The notes beneath the pieces are model-generated. The model saw nothing but the letters and a program-made list of their open reading frames with translations, had not been told where the DNA came from and ran no database searches. A stretch of DNA of 64,000 bases, taken from positions 96,001 to 160,000 of the forward strand of contig JAVRCV020000041.1 of assembly GCA_034530615.2 (NCBI GenBank), read 5' to 3'. The translations under genes and the position numbers were made by a program. Source of the DNA: Aulosira sp. ZfuVER01 (lineage in GTDB: Bacteria > Cyanobacteriota > Cyanobacteriia > Cyanobacteriales > Nostocaceae). This document shows, one piece after another, positions 61,655-64,000 of this stretch; positions within the stretch are counted from its first letter, which is position 1, and every line of letters starts with the position of its first letter.

Positions 61655-61975
61655 GTGATGAACATGAATAATATTCAAAACTATCGATTTGTCTGTACGT
61701 TGACCTTTGGTGATATCTACGGTCAAATAATTGTTTGGTTAATTACAATTACCATTAGTTTGGCGTCAGCATTGGCACTCATGGGTGCCAGAAGACCAGT
61801 TTATGCTTTAGCCACAGTTGGCCTCGTAGTTCTGCTATCGCTGCCTTTCTTGTTATTTGCGTTTGTAACTACATTGTTAAATCATATTGAATTAACTGCT
61901 GTAGAGCCAAGGACAAAAACTGAACCTATACCAGGTAATGTTTCCCAGCAAAAACCCGTACAAGCAACCAGCTGA
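61655..61975 (+). CDS. Conserved cyanobacterial two-TM hypothetical protein
   Basis: CTLTFGDIYGQIIVWL..PFLLFAFVTTL; start uncertain (61655-61664). Confidence 0.7.
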   Translation: MMNMNNIQNYRFVCTLTFGDIYGQIIVWLITITISLASALALMGARRPVYALATVGLVVLLSLPFLLFAFVTTLLNHIELTAVEPRTKTEPIPGNVSQQKPVQATS

Positions 61976-62333
61976 ACAGATGTAAAAAGTGGAGATTTGC
62001 GTTTTGGGATTGAGTCGTCTGGCTAAAGAATTATAAATATCCAACCGACGAGTTGCCTAATTTATGCAAAATCTCAAATTACAATCCAAAATCGCAATCA
62101 TCTCCCTGTCGTCCTGTGGCAGGGAATTTCTTTCTTAGGGCTAAAGCTGCGTACCATATTTTTCTCGTGGAGATTGTCTCAAGTCAAGAGTCCAAAGTCC
62201 AAAGTCAAGAGTAAATTAACTCTTGACTATTGACTATTGAGCATTAAACTTCTTGCATGAATATTTAAGAACAAGAACAAAGGGATAGTTTTTTATTCAT
62301 AATTCATAATTCACGGAAGAGTAAAAATTAATT

Positions 62334-64000
62334 ATGCTTGAACATGATGTAATTATTGTCGGGGGTGGCTTGGCTGGATGCCGTGCGGCTGTGGAAATTG
62401 CCCGTATTAACCCCAGTTTAAATATTGCTGTGGTTGCTAAAACTCACCCAATTCGTTCGCACTCGGTGGCAGCGCAAGGTGGTATGGCAGCATCTTTGAA
62501 AAATGTTGATTCAGAAGATAGTTGGGAAGCGCACGCATTTGATACTGTCAAGGGTTCCGACTATTTGGCAGACCAAGACGCTGTAGCCATTCTCGCCCAG
62601 GAAGCGCCAGATGTGGTAATTGACTTAGAACACATGGGCGTCTTGTTCTCGCGTTTGCCAGATGGGCGGATTGCCCAAAGAGCTTTTGGCGGACATTCCC
62701 ATAACCGTACTTGCTACGCCGCTGATAAAACTGGTCACGCAATTTTGCACGAATTGGTGAATAACTTACGACGTTATGGTGTGCAAGTTTACCAAGAATG
62801 GTACGTAATGCGCCTGATTTTGGAAGAGGCTCAGGCAAAGGGTGTAGTGATGTACAGCCTCTTGGATGGCCGGATAGAGGTGTTACGGGCTAAGGCAGTA
62901 ATGTTTGCCACTGGAGGCTATGGTCGCGTTTATAACACTACCTCTAATGATTACGCTTCCACTGGCGACGGTTTGGCAATGACTGCGATCGCAGGTTTAC
63001 CTCTCGAAGATATGGAATTTGTACAATTCCATCCTACAGGCTTATATCCGGTAGGGGTGCTGATTTCCGAAGCAGTGCGGGGAGAAGGGGCATATCTGAT
63101 CAACTCCCTTGGCGATCGCTTTATGGCTAACTACGCACCCAGCCGCATGGAACTGGCTCCCCGTGATATTACTTCAAGAGCGATCGCTTACGAAATTCGC
63201 GCTGGGCGTGGTATCCATCCTGATGGTAGTGCGGGAGGGCCGTTTGTCTATCTGGACTTGCGCCACATGGGCAAAGAAAAAATTATGAGTCGCGTTCCCT
63301 TCTGTTGGGAAGAAGCCCATCGCTTAGTTGGTGTTGATGCTGTGACTCAACCTATGCCTGTACGTCCTACCATTCATTATTGTATGGGTGGTATCCCGGT
63401 TAACACTGATGGTAGAGTCCGCAGTAATGGTGATGAATTCGTAGAAGGCTTTTTTGCTGCGGGCGAAACATCTTGTGTTTCCGTGCATGGTGCCAACCGC
63501 CTTGGTAGTAATTCCCTACTAGAATGTGTAGTTTATGGTAAGCGAACGGGGGCAGCGATCGCGCAATTTGTGCAAAACCGCAAATTACCCACAGTAGACG
63601 AACAACGGTACATCAAAGAAGCTAAGGAACAAATCCAAGCTTTGCTAGAACAGCCGGGAAAATACCGGATTAACCAAGTCCGTCAAGCCTTCCAAGATTG
63701 TATGACTCAGTACTGTGGCGTTTTCCGCACCGCAGAATTAATGCAGGAGGGTTTACATAAACTCGCAGAATTACAACAGCAATATCCACAAGTATACTTA
63801 GACGATAAAGGCAATTCTTGGAATACAGAAATTGTAGAAGCATTGGAATTACGGAGTTTAATGGTAGTGGGGCAGACAATTCTCGCATCCGCACTGAACC
63901 GTCAAGAAAGCCGCGGTGCACACTTCCGCGAGGATTATCCCCAAAGAGATGATGAAAAATTCCTTCAGCATACAATGGCTTACTATTCCCCAGCAGGCAT
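62334..64000 (+). CDS. sdhA: Succinate dehydrogenase/fumarate reductase flavoprotein subunit (runs off the window)
   Basis: Absent from the ORF track; read manually from ATG 62334: MLEHDVIIVGGGLAG..RSHSVAAQGG, QFHPT, HYCMGG, VHGANRLGSNSL, ESRGAH. Confidence 0.95.
   Translation, partial: MLEHDVIIVGGGLAGCRAAVEIARINPSLNIAVVAKTHPIRSHSVAAQGGMAASLKNVDSEDSWEAHAFDTVKGSDYLADQDAVAILAQEAPDVVIDLEHMGVLFSRLPDGRIAQRAFGGHSHNRTCYAADKTGHAILHELVNNLRRYGVQVYQEWYVMRLILEEAQAKGVVMYSLLDGRIEVLRAKAVMFATGGYGRVYNTTSNDYASTGDGLAMTAIAGLPLEDMEFVQFHPTGLYPVGVLISEAVRGEGAYLINSLGDRFMANYAPSRMELAPRDITSRAIAYEIRAGRGIHPDGSAGGPFVYLDLRHMGKEKIMSRVPFCWEEAHRLVGVDAVTQPMPVRPTIHYCMGGIPVNTDGRVRSNGDEFVEGFFAAGETSCVSVHGANRLGSNSLLECVVYGKRTGAAIAQFVQNRKLPTVDEQRYIKEAKEQIQALLEQPGKYRINQVRQAFQDCMTQYCGVFRTAELMQEGLHKLAELQQQYPQVYLDDKGNSWNTEIVEALELRSLMVVGQTILASALNRQESRGAHFREDYPQRDDEKFLQHTMAYYSPAG

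Noticed and set aside
62548..63975. Minus-strand ORFs 62548-62838 and 63670-63975
   Set aside because: Shadows of sdhA on the plus strand

Overview
Chromosomal window from a heterocyst-forming cyanobacterium (Nostocales), judged from hetR, sepJ, a patX-like gene, dense HIP1 GCGATCGC sites and heptamer STRR repeats. The left half is the patX - FAD oxidoreductase - Zn dehydrogenase - PiT - sepJ - hetR developmental neighbourhood. Here sepJ and hetR are separated by an 11.3 kb ten-gene chemosensory cluster (cheY-cheA-cheW-very long soluble MCP-HEAT protein-cheR-cheB-cheY-cheC-PAS hybrid kinase) that is unlike the usual cyanobacterial pilus-type Che systems. It is followed by rpsD, moaA, mlaE, a CrtI-like oxidoreductase, a DEDDh exonuclease and a P450. 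Next comes a second unusual signalling cluster (GAF-PP2C, AEC permease, Cache-GAF-PAS hybrid kinase, effector-less GAF protein, ComA-like phosphosulfolactate synthase, VOC protein, receiver). The right part holds a satellite ccmK paralog, a UbiA-type terpene-cyclase-like gene paired with a P450, a large Ser/Thr kinase-histidine kinase, WD40 and PEP-CTERM proteins, and the 5' part of sdhA. Many small repeats or mobile elements are visible, including two in-frame insertions into HIP1-like sites. All calls come from reading motifs by eye; no searches were run.
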